This document shows positions 24,971 through 37,162 of a stretch of 64,000 nt of DNA, piece by piece (position 1 is the first letter of the stretch; each line of letters begins with the position of its first letter). A model generated the notes under the pieces. That model saw nothing but the letters and a program-made list of their open reading frames with translations, had not been told where the DNA came from and ran no database searches. Origin of the DNA: Octopus sinensis (lineage: Eukaryota). The stretch covers positions 26,784,001-26,848,000 of the forward strand of contig NC_043003.1 in the NCBI RefSeq assembly GCF_006345805.1, read 5' to 3'. The position numbers were made by a program, and so were the translations under genes.

Positions 24971-25396
24971 CTAAAAAAAGAAAAGAAAAAGAAGAATCAA
25001 TGGATACTCCATTTAACTCAAATGGAACTGTAGCGAAACTATGCTTTTGGTAGAATATTAATGTTTCATATACATACATACATGCATACATAAATACATA
25101 CATACATACATACGATTTATGGCGATTAAAAGAAAAAAGAAAAGCCGTGCAAAATCAAATGAAAATTGCATAACTTTTTGAGCCATATTTGGATGGAAGT
25201 AGACATTGCAAGCTTCGTTAAATAGAAGGGAGAACCATTCTGCAAAGTTTACATGATCCAGTCGTTTCTTGAACACAAAAAGCGAGATATTCGAGTGTTG
25301 TCCTTATGAGCGAAAGATAGTTTGCATGTACACCCATACAACGGACACAGTTCATCTACGGACGACGTCTATCCATGGGAAGTATCTCTTCTTTAC

Positions 25397-25465
25397 TGAA
25401 GAATTTCATAATTTTCAGTTTTGTTTTGCTCCTTTTCAGTATAAAAGAAGTTATTTTCATCATGT
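25397..25465 (-). CDS. Candidate 69-nt exon (phase 2-2: HDENNFFYTEKEQNKTENYEIL)
   Basis: Acceptor GCGATTTTTCAG|, weak donor CA|GTAAAG; overlaps an alternative plus-strand candidate. Confidence 0.2.
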
Positions 25466-25534
25466 CTGAAAAATCGCCAATATTGACAAGTGCAAAGGTC
25501 GGCGCAAAACCAAATCAACACCGGTTTCCAAGCG
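25462..25534 (+). CDS. Candidate start-codon exon MSEKSPILTSAKVGAKPNQHRFPS
   Basis: Acceptor TTTTGCTCCTTTTCAG| (25439), ATG with A at -3, donor CG|GTGAGG; no downstream partner exon found. Confidence 0.25.
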
Positions 25535-25732
25535 GTGAGGTGGGGGCAAACACAAACAAAAACATATACTTATATTCTCAGTCATACATATGTGTGTGCG
25601 TGCGCGCGCGCATGTGCATGCATGCGTGTGTGTGTGCCTGCATGTGTGTGTGTGTGTGTATCTATATGTATATGTATATATATATATATATACATGTATA
25701 TATGTCATTCTCTCTCCCTCTCTCTGCCTCCT

Positions 25733-25777
<45 letters not shown>

Positions 25778-25799
25778 ATATATAAATTAGTGTACGTTT

Positions 25800-26575
25800 C
25801 CATACACAAAACAGGTGACCCTTACAGGATACCTTGCATGCTGAAAAGTGTACTTGAGACAGCATTCGCCCGAGGTGGGTTGAGCTGGCTTCATTCATCC
25901 TCAATACTGCATCCTCACAAACGCCGACCAGACCTGGTGATTTAAGGCTAACGACCGCGTGATCTCCAACCACTCCTTATTTCACCGGTGAATGCCGTAG
26001 ATATGGGGGCCTAGGTTGGGTTCCATATCCACCTTGACTGTCATCAGCTAGGTTTTTCGTTGTCCACCACATCGCTCCCTGAAGGGGAGCTGGGGCAATT
26101 GCTTCGTAGATGAATTCTGCTGGTTGATGGCGGAGGGCATGATCCAGCCAACGCAGACGTCTCGTTAGGATGACTTGTCGGAGGGAAGGGATTCTGCACT
26201 GGTGTCGCACCGAATTGTTGGAGACAAAGTGATACCAACGGACACGAAGGATGCGGCGTAGATAGAGGTGATCGAAGGATTCTAGTCGCTTAATATCTTC
26301 CACCCTCATTGGCCATGACTCGCTGCCGTAAAGGAGAATCGTTCGCACTAGTGCTTGGTAGATCCGTACTTTGGTGGTGCGTCGGATCTCAGATCTTGAC
26401 CAGAGTTGTGCATTGAGTCAGTTGAAGGCTTGGCGAGCGAGGTCGATTCGTGTTTTAATGTCAGCCTCGCTTTGACCTGTAGCTGTAATGATGGCGCCAA
26501 GGTATTTGAAACTCTCAACCTCTTCAAGAATATCACTATTGAGGACAATCCTTCAAATATTCCTCATGAGAAGTG
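25800..26575 (-). mobile_element. RTE-clade LINE 3' fragment
   Basis: RTILLYGSESWPMRVEDIKRLESFDHLYLRRILRVRW..RRLRWLDH, a typical RTE post-RT region. Confidence 0.85.
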
Positions 26576-26613
26576 TAGTTAAAACCCAAACCAATATATA
26601 TATATATATATTC

Positions 26614-26699
<86 letters not shown>

Positions 26700-26707
26700 A
26701 TATATAT

Positions 26708-27099
26708 ACTCTTTTACTCTTTTACCTGTTTCAGTCATTTGACTGCGGCCATGCTGGAGCACCGCCTTTAGTCGAGCAAATCGACCCCGGGACTTATTCT
26801 TTGTAAGCCCAGTACTTATTCTATCGGGCTCTTTTGCCGAACCGCTAAGTGACGGGGACGTAAACACACCAGCATCGGTTGTCAAGCAATGTGAGGGGGA
26901 CAAACACACACACACACACATACACATATAAATATATACATATATACGACAGGCTTCTTTCAGTTTCCGTCTACCAAATCCACTCACAAGGCATTGGTCG
27001 GCCCGGGGCTATAGCAGAAGATACTTGCCCAAGATGCCACGCAGTGGGACTGAACCCGGAACCATGTGGTTGGTTAGCAAGCTACTTACCACACAGCCA
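26708..27099 (-). mobile_element. SINE type D
   Basis: Full-length reverse complement with internal (CA)/(TA)n. Confidence 0.85.
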
Positions 27100-28554
27100 G
27101 GATTCCACATATTTTCCGGATATTAAATTCGCTCCCAATGCATTGGTCGGTATTAATAGAAGAAAAGGTACTTGCCCATGTATAAATGTGTGTGTATATG
27201 GGGGGAAGGAGAGTGTGTGTGTGTGTATTTTCGCTTGTTATATATAATATGCCAATCGTAAACAAACGCAGAACGATCACGATTATAGTTACCACGCATA
27301 CGGAGATGTAGGGGTAGGTTTTTGCAACGAGATGATTATTATGAAATGTCGACTTTAAACTCACAGTCATTAACTAATAAAGAATAAAGGGAAACAATGA
27401 TAAATAGCTATAAAACATGAACAAAACCAAAATAAAAATGAGAAGAAAAGAACTTTTTTTCTTGTATTCAAAGAAGTCAGCAAATATGAAACAGAAGCTC
27501 GAGTAACATGGCGAATGTAACAGGATAGAGAAAGGACAGACGACAATAATTATTAAGAGCGGATGATATAAATTATAACCAACTCGAGAAAATGCCATCT
27601 TAAGACGTTGGCAATGATAGAGCGTACATAGCAATTCAATTTCTGACATTACTGAACAAAACGGAGAAAGAAAAGAAAAGATATTAAAAATAAATAGCTA
27701 AACATTAATACTTGTTGAACAAACCAACATATAAATCTGACACCCAAGGACTTTGTGTGTGTGTATGTATGCGTATGTGTATGTATGTGTGTGTGTGTGT
27801 GTGTATTTTTTTTTTATCAAACTATCTTTATTAGAAACTATGAAAAACATTTATTAAATGAAAGAGGAATAAAATACGTAAAGGTTATCAAAGAATATTG
27901 TCTGTGAAGAAACAATCTTATGGAATTTTGTTTGGCATCTAAAGGCGGCAGATTGGCAGAATCATTAGGGCGTCAGGCAAAACATCATGCAGGATTTGTT
28001 CCGAGTTTTTATCTTCTGGGTAAAAAAACCCTGCCGAAATCAAATTTACGTTTCATACCTTCGGGGTCGATACAATCTACCAGATTAGAAGTGGGTCGAT
28101 AGCACTTATTAATTCATAACGGTTGGTGGAAAGGTATTTTCAAACCGGAGGTCTAGCTCGAATGCTTGCAACAGAGAAGACGCCGCTATAATTACCCAGA
28201 GTTCCAGGTGGTGTTATATCATGTAAGGAATTCAGTCAACCACCCAAGTAAGCCATTGGCAGGATTTGAAATCAGAACTCAAAGAATCGGAACAAATACT
28301 GTATGTTATCATAACCAATGCTCTATCATTTACGCTAGTTCAATGGTTTAAACGGTTATTTTACCGAACCCGGAAGGACATAAAGGTAAAATTAACCTTG
28401 GTGAGGTGTGTCCTTGAGCAAAAACACTTCATTTCACGTTGCGCACGTCCACTCAGCTGTAAATGAGTTCCAGGAATAGTTGGAAAGTTAACCCTGCGAT
28501 GGACTAGCGTCCCGTTCTGGGGCAGGTGTAAGTTATAATTTCAGTCACTTATAA

Positions 28555-28877
28555 AGAGTAAAGGATAAAGACCCCTTCGGTCATGAATGATGATAGGATT
28601 GAACCTAGTAAAGTTCCCCTCTGAGACACAAGTCAGGACATGCAGTCGCCCACGCATACCAGCTTCTCCTCTCCACGCCACCAATGCTATCCAAGGGAAA
28701 TGTAAAGGCCAATACAGCTTGGCACCAATGACATCATGACTCAGTTCTATAGCTGAGTGAACTGGAGCAACGTGAAATATAGTGTCTTGTTCAACTCACA
28801 TCCCGGTCCGGGAATCCCACTACTTCATGATTGGGAGCCTGACGCTCTAACCACAGAGCCAAGCGCCTTCACATGGC
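28555..28877 (-). mobile_element. CORE-type SINE with tail Z
   Basis: Matches 38255 and 47044 copies; 14-bp TSD TCAGTCACTTATAA at 28541-28554 and 28878-28891. Confidence 0.85.
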
Positions 28878-29377
28878 TCAGTCACTTATAAGCCATTGAA
28901 GTTAAGCTAACTTCCGGCCTTATGAGTCATAGGGCTCATGATGAATCTAACTCTAAGACGACTCAAAATCTCTCAGTTGTCTGAGAGGCCCGTGAGAGGG
29001 TGATAGGCACAGCTTCACTCATGACAAAACGATAAAATGTAATACAAACTGAATTAGTCACTGTAATTTGCATAACAGTGCAAGCGCAGATAACGTAGTT
29101 AATTTCAAATTATCTACAATCATTTAACCACCTTGTATAGCATTATGAATTGTTTCATTTAAGTTGTGAATTAGTTTAATTGTTAACACACCGAACAAAA
29201 TGTTTAGCAGCATTTCGTCCGTCTTTATGTTTTGAGTTCAAATTCCACAAAGATCGACTTTGTCTTTCATCCATTCGGGGACTGTGAAATAAATAGCAGA
29301 TGAACCCTGGAGTTTATGTAATCGACTAGTCCCCTCTCCTAAAAATTTCAGGTCTAGTGCCAGTAGTGAAACGGATT

Positions 29378-29594
29378 ACTCTTTTACTCTTTGACTTGTT
29401 TCAGTCATTTGACTGAGGCCATGCTGGAGCACCGCCTTTTAGTCGAGCAAATCGACACCAGGACTTCTTTGGAAGCGTGGAACTTATTCAATCGGTCTCT
29501 TTTGCCGAACCGTTAAGTTACGGGGACGTAAACACACCAGCATCGGTTGTCAAGTGATGTTGGGAGGGGGGGAAACACAGACACACAAACATAT

Positions 29595-29645
<51 letters not shown>

Positions 29646-29801
29646 TTACGAAGGCTTTTCAGTTTCCGTCTACCAAATCCACTCACAAGGCTTTGGTCAG
29701 CCGAGGCTATAGGAGAAGACACTTGCCCAAGGTGCCACGCAGTGGGACTGAACCGGGAACCATGTAGTTGGTAAGCAAGCTACTTACCATACAGCCACTC
29801 C
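29378..29801 (-). mobile_element. SINE type D
   Basis: Full-length reverse complement. Confidence 0.85.
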
Positions 29802-30739
29802 AACGCCTATTATCAATTATTTCATCACGTTGTCATTGCATCCACTGTTATGCAAATTAGAAGCACCACTTTCTGTGTTCAGGATTGTATACACTTTAAA
29901 TAGCGATTAGGTAATCATTTGTTGCTGGATTTCAGGATTATATTCATTATAAATAGCGTTAAGGTAATTTCTTCGATGGTTATTATTTTTCTGGTGAAAG
30001 TTTAAGAATTAGAAACTATTATCAATGCCTTTTTTTCCGTCCACAAAGACATAAAAACTGTGTATAACTACCTTGTTTACTTTCACAATCATGTTGCTAA
30101 TTTCTTTTCTATTTTATCAAATATGACATGTGTGCATGTGTGCGCATGTGTGTGCGTGGAGGTGTGTGAGAAAGAGAAGGAGAAAGAGAAAGAGAGATAG
30201 GGACTGAGCAGCAGACGAAACAGAGAATGAAATACATGCATACACATACATACATGCATACATATGTGTGTGTGTGTGTGTGCGTGTGTGCGTGTGTGTG
30301 TGCTTTCATACAATCATATTTACATTTATGCCCACAGGCGCACGCCTAATGAAATATATATTCATCCATGTATATATTTATATGCATACATACACCCTCA
30401 CATGCATGCCTACATTAGTGTATAAATACATACATACATACATACATACATGCATACATACATACATACATACATACATACATACATACATACATACATA
30501 CATACATACATACATACATACATACATACATACATACGCACATATATACATACCGCAATACAATAATAAATCAAATATAGACACACAATTATTTGAAATG
30601 CAGACACAAAAAAGGTGAGAAGAAAATGAAAAAGAATAAAGAAGGATAGAAAAAGAGAAAGAAAGAAAGAAAGAAGGAAGGCATGAAGGAAAGAAGGAAA
30701 GAAGGAAGAGAAGCGAAAAAGAAAACAGTGGGGATTCAC

Positions 30740-30801
30740 CTGGTGTTGTCGTCACGGTGTACCCGTATAGAGAACATGTTCTGTTGTTTAATATCCGAGT
30801 G
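30740..30801 (-). CDS. Candidate 62-nt exon
   Basis: Donor CAG|GTGAAT, acceptor TTCGTTTTTGTAAG|; two frames open (TRILNNRTCSLYGYTVTTTP or HSDIKQQNMFSIRVHRDDNT). Confidence 0.25.
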
Positions 30802-30884
30802 CTTACAAAAACGAACGACAGTAAGAAGGTATATATATATATATACATATATATATATAATATATATATATATATGATATATAT

Positions 30885-30918
<34 letters not shown>

Positions 30919-30972
30919 GATATATTTAAAAATACATACGTACATACCTAATATAATATAATATATATATAT

Positions 30973-31006
<34 letters not shown>

Positions 31007-31888
31007 CACACCATACATACATAATATATAAGTATAATATATAATATAGAATATAAATATATATGTAAGTAATTTATATAAATATATATTTATGTGTGTG
31101 TGTTTCTATAGTGAAATACTGAAATACCTGGTGAATATGAGACAGGTGGTGTGGGTAGTGAGGAGGTGGTAAGCAACATTTGTTGTTGTAGTTGTTTGTA
31201 TTGCTATGTAGAAATTGTTTATTTAGTATTTCTTTTTTCTAATTCGTGCTCTGAGGTGTCTCTCTCTCTCTCTCCCTTTACAAAGTACATATGTGCGTAT
31301 GTGGCAGCACACACACATTTTATATACCACACACACATGCAAATAGATAAATACAGATGTACATAAAATGTATGTGTACTTATACATTCATACATTTGTA
31401 TGTATGTGTCACTGGAATTTAGTTTTGCGTTTTATTACCCTTCGAAGAATTTAAGCCGGTCACTTACAATGTGGCAAGGCTCTTTGGGTTAAGTCTTGGC
31501 AGCTCTTGAGATTCATGGTTACCTGGATTGGCTAATGTGTAAACACACTCACACACACAAACAAACAAACAACACACACACACATATATATAATCAATTA
31601 AGTAAACAGATGGAGCTGGTATAACCCTTTATTTTGTACGATGATCATTTCGATCTATCCTTTATAGTATCCGCAACATACTATGTTGCGGATGACACCA
31701 GGTAACCCAAACTGCGCGAGTGCTTTACTCAACACATCAGCACACTAACTAACGTATACTCATTAGTTCAAAATATTGCTCACACACACACACACAACAC
31801 ATGTATGTATATATATATATATATATAATATAGATATATATATATATATTATATATATATATATATATATATCTATATATACATTTTA

Positions 31889-32463
31889 CACAGACATGCA
31901 GGAAGTAAATAGACACCTTTAATTTTCAAAATTTCTGATCTAAGCGTCTTAATATGTTTTCAACGGTGTAGAATTTACAATGTAATTATTCTTTTTCATT
32001 CCAAGTGCCATTATATTAAGCATTTGCGAAGAGTAACCATCCTACGTACAAAAAATTCAGCAGAACTTTCAGATTTTCAAAGAGGTCGTATTGTCGGGCA
32101 ATCTGAAACTGGTCTTAGCCAGCGAAAAATTGCCGAAAATCTTCAAATCTCCTTGCTACAGTTAATAGAATTATTGTACAATTCAAAAGCCAATAGACTC
32201 TCAACAGACTCTCATTGCGACCGACTTGGGCCCTCGGAAAGGAAGCTTCGCTGTTTGAAGAGATTTGTGGAAAACGAACCCTGTTGGAAGGCTTCTGACA
32301 TCGCAAAACAGCTAGAAGTTTGTCCAAGAATGTGTGTTACATATCTGCATAAGCTTGGGTATTATGGACGAGCAGCTAGAAGAAAACCTCTACTTCAACC
32401 AATTAACATCAAATAAAAGATTTTGAAAATTAAAGGTGTCTATTTACTTCCTGCATGTCTCTG
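31889..32463 (+). mobile_element. Internally deleted Tc1-like element
   Basis: ~45-bp TIRs (CA[C/G]AGACATGCAGGAAGTAAATAGACACCTTTAATTTTCAAAA); ORF ELSDFQRGRIVG..GLSQRKIA..AARRKPLL (HTH only, DDE domain absent). Confidence 0.9.
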
Positions 32464-32669
32464 TGTATGTATGTATGTATGTGTGTGTGAGTGTGTGTGT
32501 GTATTGGCCTGTTCGCTTAGCCAGCGGGGTGGCGTCATTTGAAGGTTAAAACAATGCGAAGCGCATTGTGACCAGCGATGTGTAGCAACATCTGATAGCC
32601 TGGTCGGTCACGGATATCACGGTAATATTATATATATAATTTGTTTTTGGTCAGTAGGGTGTTATTTCC

Positions 32670-32769
32670 NNNNNNNNNNNNNNNNNNNNNNNNNNNNNNN
32701 NNNNNNNNNNNNNNNNNNNNNNNNNNNNNNNNNNNNNNNNNNNNNNNNNNNNNNNNNNNNNNNNNNNNN
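32670..32769. other. Assembly gap (100 N)
   Basis: Run of N. Confidence 1.
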
Positions 32770-32856
32770 AATAATTAATTAGAAGTAATCAGTAATTTCA
32801 CCAAGTAGAATTCGGCCTGAAAAAGGACCATGTCACGGTAAACTTAAGTAATACTT

Positions 32857-33197
32857 TATAATTAGGGTTCAGCAAAGATTTGCTTTACTACATACCGAAG
32901 TTTAGAAATAGCAGCCAAAAAAACCTTAGCTATTTCTTCTACTTTAAAAAGGGACACCCAGAAAAACCAAAATACTTGAAAACAATCCACGCAGGCAGAG
33001 AGGAAAAATAACGAAAATCATGGGTGACCAGATATAGACTGATTTTCTTTATTTTTCTTCTGTCTGCGTGGATTGTTTCAAGTATTTTGGTTTTTCTGGA
33101 GTCCCTTTTTAAAGTAGAAGAAATAGCTAAGGTTTTTGGCTGCTATTTCTAAACTTCGGTATGTGGTAAAGCAAATCTTTGCTGAACCCTAATTATA
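32857..33197. repeat. Fold-back inverted repeat, ~160-bp arms, 19-nt spacer
   Basis: Arms are reverse complements with several mismatches and indels; right end runs into (TA)n. Confidence 0.9.
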
Positions 33198-33359
33198 TAT
33201 ATTATATATATAATATATATATATAATATATATATATATATAATATTGTATGTATGTATTATATAGTATGTATGTTGTATGTATGTATGTATGTATGTAT
33301 GTATGTATGTAGTATCGATGTTCTATCTATCTATTTATGTATCTATCTATCTATCTATA

Positions 33360-33407
<48 letters not shown>

Positions 33408-33568
33408 CATTTATCTATCTACTCGGGAATTACGTTGAGCGTATGCATGTTTTTGGCGTGTTCAACAGCACGTTAATTTCACGACCAGTTTGTTCCGTTG
33501 ATCAGATCAACTGGAACCCTCGCTATCTTAACCGTCAGCGTGGCCAATGCGAATACATATATACATAC

Positions 33569-33607
<39 letters not shown>

Positions 33608-33615
33608 GTATATAT

Positions 33616-33639
<24 letters not shown>

Positions 33640-33649
<10 letters not shown>

Positions 33650-34130
33650 GATATAGGATAAAAAAATTTTTCGGGAACAAAAATTGATCAATGGCCAGCA
33701 TATCAAAAAATGCCTTTAAAGGTAAATTTATACAAAATTTACAAGATAAGGGCAGAAGAAAAATTCTAATGCCAGATACGCCAAAACAAAAAATTGTCGA
33801 AACAAACCGATAGAAATCTCTAAAAAATCGTTATTACCGTATTGGTCCAATTTCGGGGTTAATTCACAAGAAATTTTCCCCTCTTCAGCGGCAAATACGC
33901 GAGATATAAATGAAATACTTACTCATACCCATGGAAGAAGCAAGCACTAAGTCCCGAGCAGACTTAAGTACCCCAAATATATCCAAAATAGATATCAATT
34001 ATAAATAGATTAGTGTTCACCTCCGGATTCTATCACTCTGTGAAAGTTTCTAGTTCGAATCACACGTGTCTCGAGTAGCGCCGAAGATTTTTCATTTACT
34101 GATACGTATCATATGAAAGATACATGAATA
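33640..34130 (-). mobile_element. Probable Penelope-like terminal repeat carrying a hammerhead
   Basis: Non-coding segment between (TA)n tracts containing the ribozyme below; PLE assignment inferred from the known PLE-hammerhead association. Confidence 0.45.
33832..33898 (-). ncRNA. Type I hammerhead ribozyme
   Basis: Minus strand: GCCG-CUGAAGA-GGGG-(19 nt)-CCCC-GAAA-UUGG-a-CCAA-UA^CGGU; all core nucleotides and three stems present. Confidence 0.85.
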
Positions 34131-34239
34131 TTATATACACAAAAATGAGCGATAGATATCACAATTCTATCTATATATATATTATATATTATGTATCTAT
34201 GTATATAAATTATGTATATATATTATATATATATATATA

Positions 34240-34274
<35 letters not shown>

Positions 34275-34310
34275 TCTCTCTCACTCTCTTTCTCTCTCTA
34301 TTCTCTCTCT

Positions 34311-34668
34311 TTCTTCATGTATATGTATGTATATATATATATATATATGTATGTATAATTCTATCAATGATAATCATATATGTTTTCACCAGCAATAACA
34401 TTTTTTCATGAGTGACATTAAAAATATCACAAATATGAAGAAATATGAAATGGCCGCTAAATATGTCGTCATATATATCGTATTCTACTCTAGGCATATG
34501 GCCTGTAATTTTTGCGGCCATTTGATATTTCTTCATATTTGTGATATTTTTAATGTCACTCATGAAAAAATGTTATTGCTGGTGAAAACATATATGATTA
34601 TCATTGATATGACATTATACATACATATATATATATATACACATACATACATACATATACATGAAGAA
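34311..34668. repeat. Inverted repeat, ~95-bp near-perfect core plus microsatellite, 56-nt spacer
   Basis: ~34364-34457 versus ~34514-34607. Confidence 0.85.
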
Positions 34669-34819
34669 CTACACAACCAATTTCGTTCAGATTTTACACA
34701 TGCCTTACTGAGGGTCCAATGTGTGTCATGAGCTCGCTCTGGGCGCCATTGCGGCGACTGTCCACAGCTACCGGCCCACAGTCGACGTAATGGCTCTGGT
34801 AACACTTTAACAGTTGGCT

Positions 34820-35435
34820 TGGCTTGGCTTGGCTGGTACTTAATTTATCGATCCCAAAAGGATGAAAGGCAAAGTCGACCTCGGCGTAATTTGTACTCAG
34901 AACATAAAGACAGATGAAACACCGCTAAGCATTTCGCTCGGCGGGCTAACGTTTCTTTTCCACTCTAGGCACAAGGCGCGAAATTTTGGGAGAGAGGGCC
35001 AGGTCGATTATATCGACCCCACTACGCAACAGGTACTTACCCCTGAGTGGAACCTTGGGCAAGTGTCTTCCACCATAGCCTCAGACAGACCAAAGCTTTT
35101 TGAGTAGATTTGGTAGACGGAAACTGAAAGAAGCCCGTTCGTATATAATATATATATAATATATATATATATTATATATAGATATATATATTTGTGCGTG
35201 TGTGTGGTTTGTTTATGTGTGTGTTTATGTATTGTGTTTTAGCATCTGTGTTTGTCCCCGCCCACCATGATGTTGGTGTGTTAACGTATTCGTAACGTAG
35301 CGGTTCGGCAGAACAGACCGGTAAAATAAGTAATAAGCTTATATAGAATAATCCTGGGGTCGGTTTCTTCGACTAAAACCTTTTAAGACGTTGCTCCATC
35401 ATGGCCGCAGGGAAATGACTGAAACATGCAAAAGA
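34820..35435. mobile_element. SINE type E (minus) abutting a 5'-truncated SINE type D (plus)
   Basis: GATGAAAGGCAAAGTCGACCTCGGCG (reverse complement of E) then AACCTTGGGCAAGTGTCTTC..ACTGAAAC (D). Confidence 0.7.
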
Positions 35436-35601
35436 ATATATACAGAGAGAGAGAGAGACAGAGAGAGACAGAGAGACAGAGACAAAGAGTGATAGATAAA
35501 TAGATAAACAGATAGATTGATTGATAGATAGATATGTATTATATATATATATATATATATCGATATATATATTATATATATATATATATATGTTTGTGTG
35601 T

Positions 35602-35640
<39 letters not shown>

Positions 35641-35641
<1 letters not shown>

Positions 35642-35900
35642 AAGGAGCACTCCATCGGTTACGACGTCGAGGGTCCCAGCTGATACGATCAACAGAACGG
35701 CTTGCTCGTGAAATTAACATACAAGTGGCTGGGCATTCCAGAGACACGTGCACCCTTAACCCAATTCTCAGGGAGATTCATCGTGACTCAGAGTGTGACA
35801 AAGCTGGCCCTCTGAAATAAAGTTACTACTCATTTTTGCCAGCTGAGTGGACTGGAGCAACGTGAAATAAAGTGTCTTGCTTAAGGACACAACGCTTCGC
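35641..35900 (-). mobile_element. CORE-type SINE head B, tail X
   Basis: Matches 1261-1584. Confidence 0.8.
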
Positions 35901-35902
35901 CT

Positions 35903-36468
35903 GGAACTGAAGACAGTTGCTCCCATAAATACCAAAATTAAATGTTGAATTTATGAAGGGTCAAAGTTAGGAACAAAAACAGGACAGTGGAGACATACAA
36001 GGAAACCGAATGAAAACAAACATGGTGGGTCGTTATACCTGAACGAGGGGAAAATAGTGAATGCCAAGAGAAATATTTTCTTTGAAAAGAGAAAAGATAG
36101 AAAAAAGATATAGGAGACATCCAGTCCTTAGAACATCCGTGCAGGGAAGAAAGATGGTCACATGAGGAAACGAAAGATGGACGATGGTCACGTGTGAGCA
36201 ACGAGAGAGAGAGAGAGAGAAGAAGAGAAAGACGGGAAGAGACACAGATAGATAGAAAACGGTGAAAGGAAGAATAAAGAAATTATAGAGGATAGGAGAG
36301 AAACCAGTATAGAGTAGAGTCGCATCAGAAAGGTTAAGATAAACTTACTTGGAAATGGATGCGTGGCGTTCAATTGAATAATAATATAAATGATAATGTT
36401 TTCGTTCCTAACTTTGACCCTCCATAAACCCAAAATTTTATTTTGGTATTTATGGGAGCAACTGTCTT
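35903..36468. repeat. ~65-bp inverted repeats around a ~430-bp spacer
   Basis: GACAGTTGCTCCCATAAATACCAAAA..GGGTCAAAGTTAGGAAC versus its reverse complement at ~36407-36468. Confidence 0.7.
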
Positions 36469-36679
36469 TGAAGATTCATATTGTCGTTGATTGCTCGAAA
36501 TAGGGATTAGATAGACAGCCGACAACTGATGAAGGGTCATTCATTGTATTACTTGTCCTTTTTCTCTCTCGTTATTTGCGTATTTAACCCATTTGTTTTC
36601 GTATTTTTTTTATGTTTACCCTTGGTGACTTCCTGTACCCATATATCTACGAAATCCGCCAGCCCAATGATTTCCCTTC

Positions 36680-37120
36680 ATGGCAGAATAGTCAAGACTA
36701 TTTAAGCATTTTATCCTATGTTTGCGGAACTGTTTCCGGAGGGAAACACCATCTTTCAGGATGATAATGGATCAATTCACACAGCTAAAGTTGTTACTGA
36801 ATGGCACGAGGGACATTCTAGTGAAGTTGGACATCTTATCTGGCCACCACAGTCCCCAGATCTCAATATTATCAACATGTATGGTGCATTTTAGAAAAAC
36901 AAGTAAGGAGTCGATATCCTCCACCAGCATCATTACAAGGACTGGAGACAGTTTTAGTTGAACAATGGACAAAAATTCCTTTGAAAATAATTCAAACTTT
37001 GTATGAGTCCATACCACGTAGAATTCAAGCTGTAATTACAGCCAAAGGCGGTCCAACCCCATAGTAAAATAAATTTGTTCGAAATTTTAAGGCGTTTCCC
37101 TTATTTTGTCCAACCCCTGT
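36680..37120 (+). mobile_element. Tc1-like transposase 3' half with right TIR
   Basis: FQDDNGSIHTAK..WPPQSPDLNII..LYESIPRRIQAVITAKGGPTP*; ends TTTTGTCCAACCCCTG. Confidence 0.85.
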
Positions 37121-37162
37121 TTTATATATATTATATATATTATATATATATATATATATATA

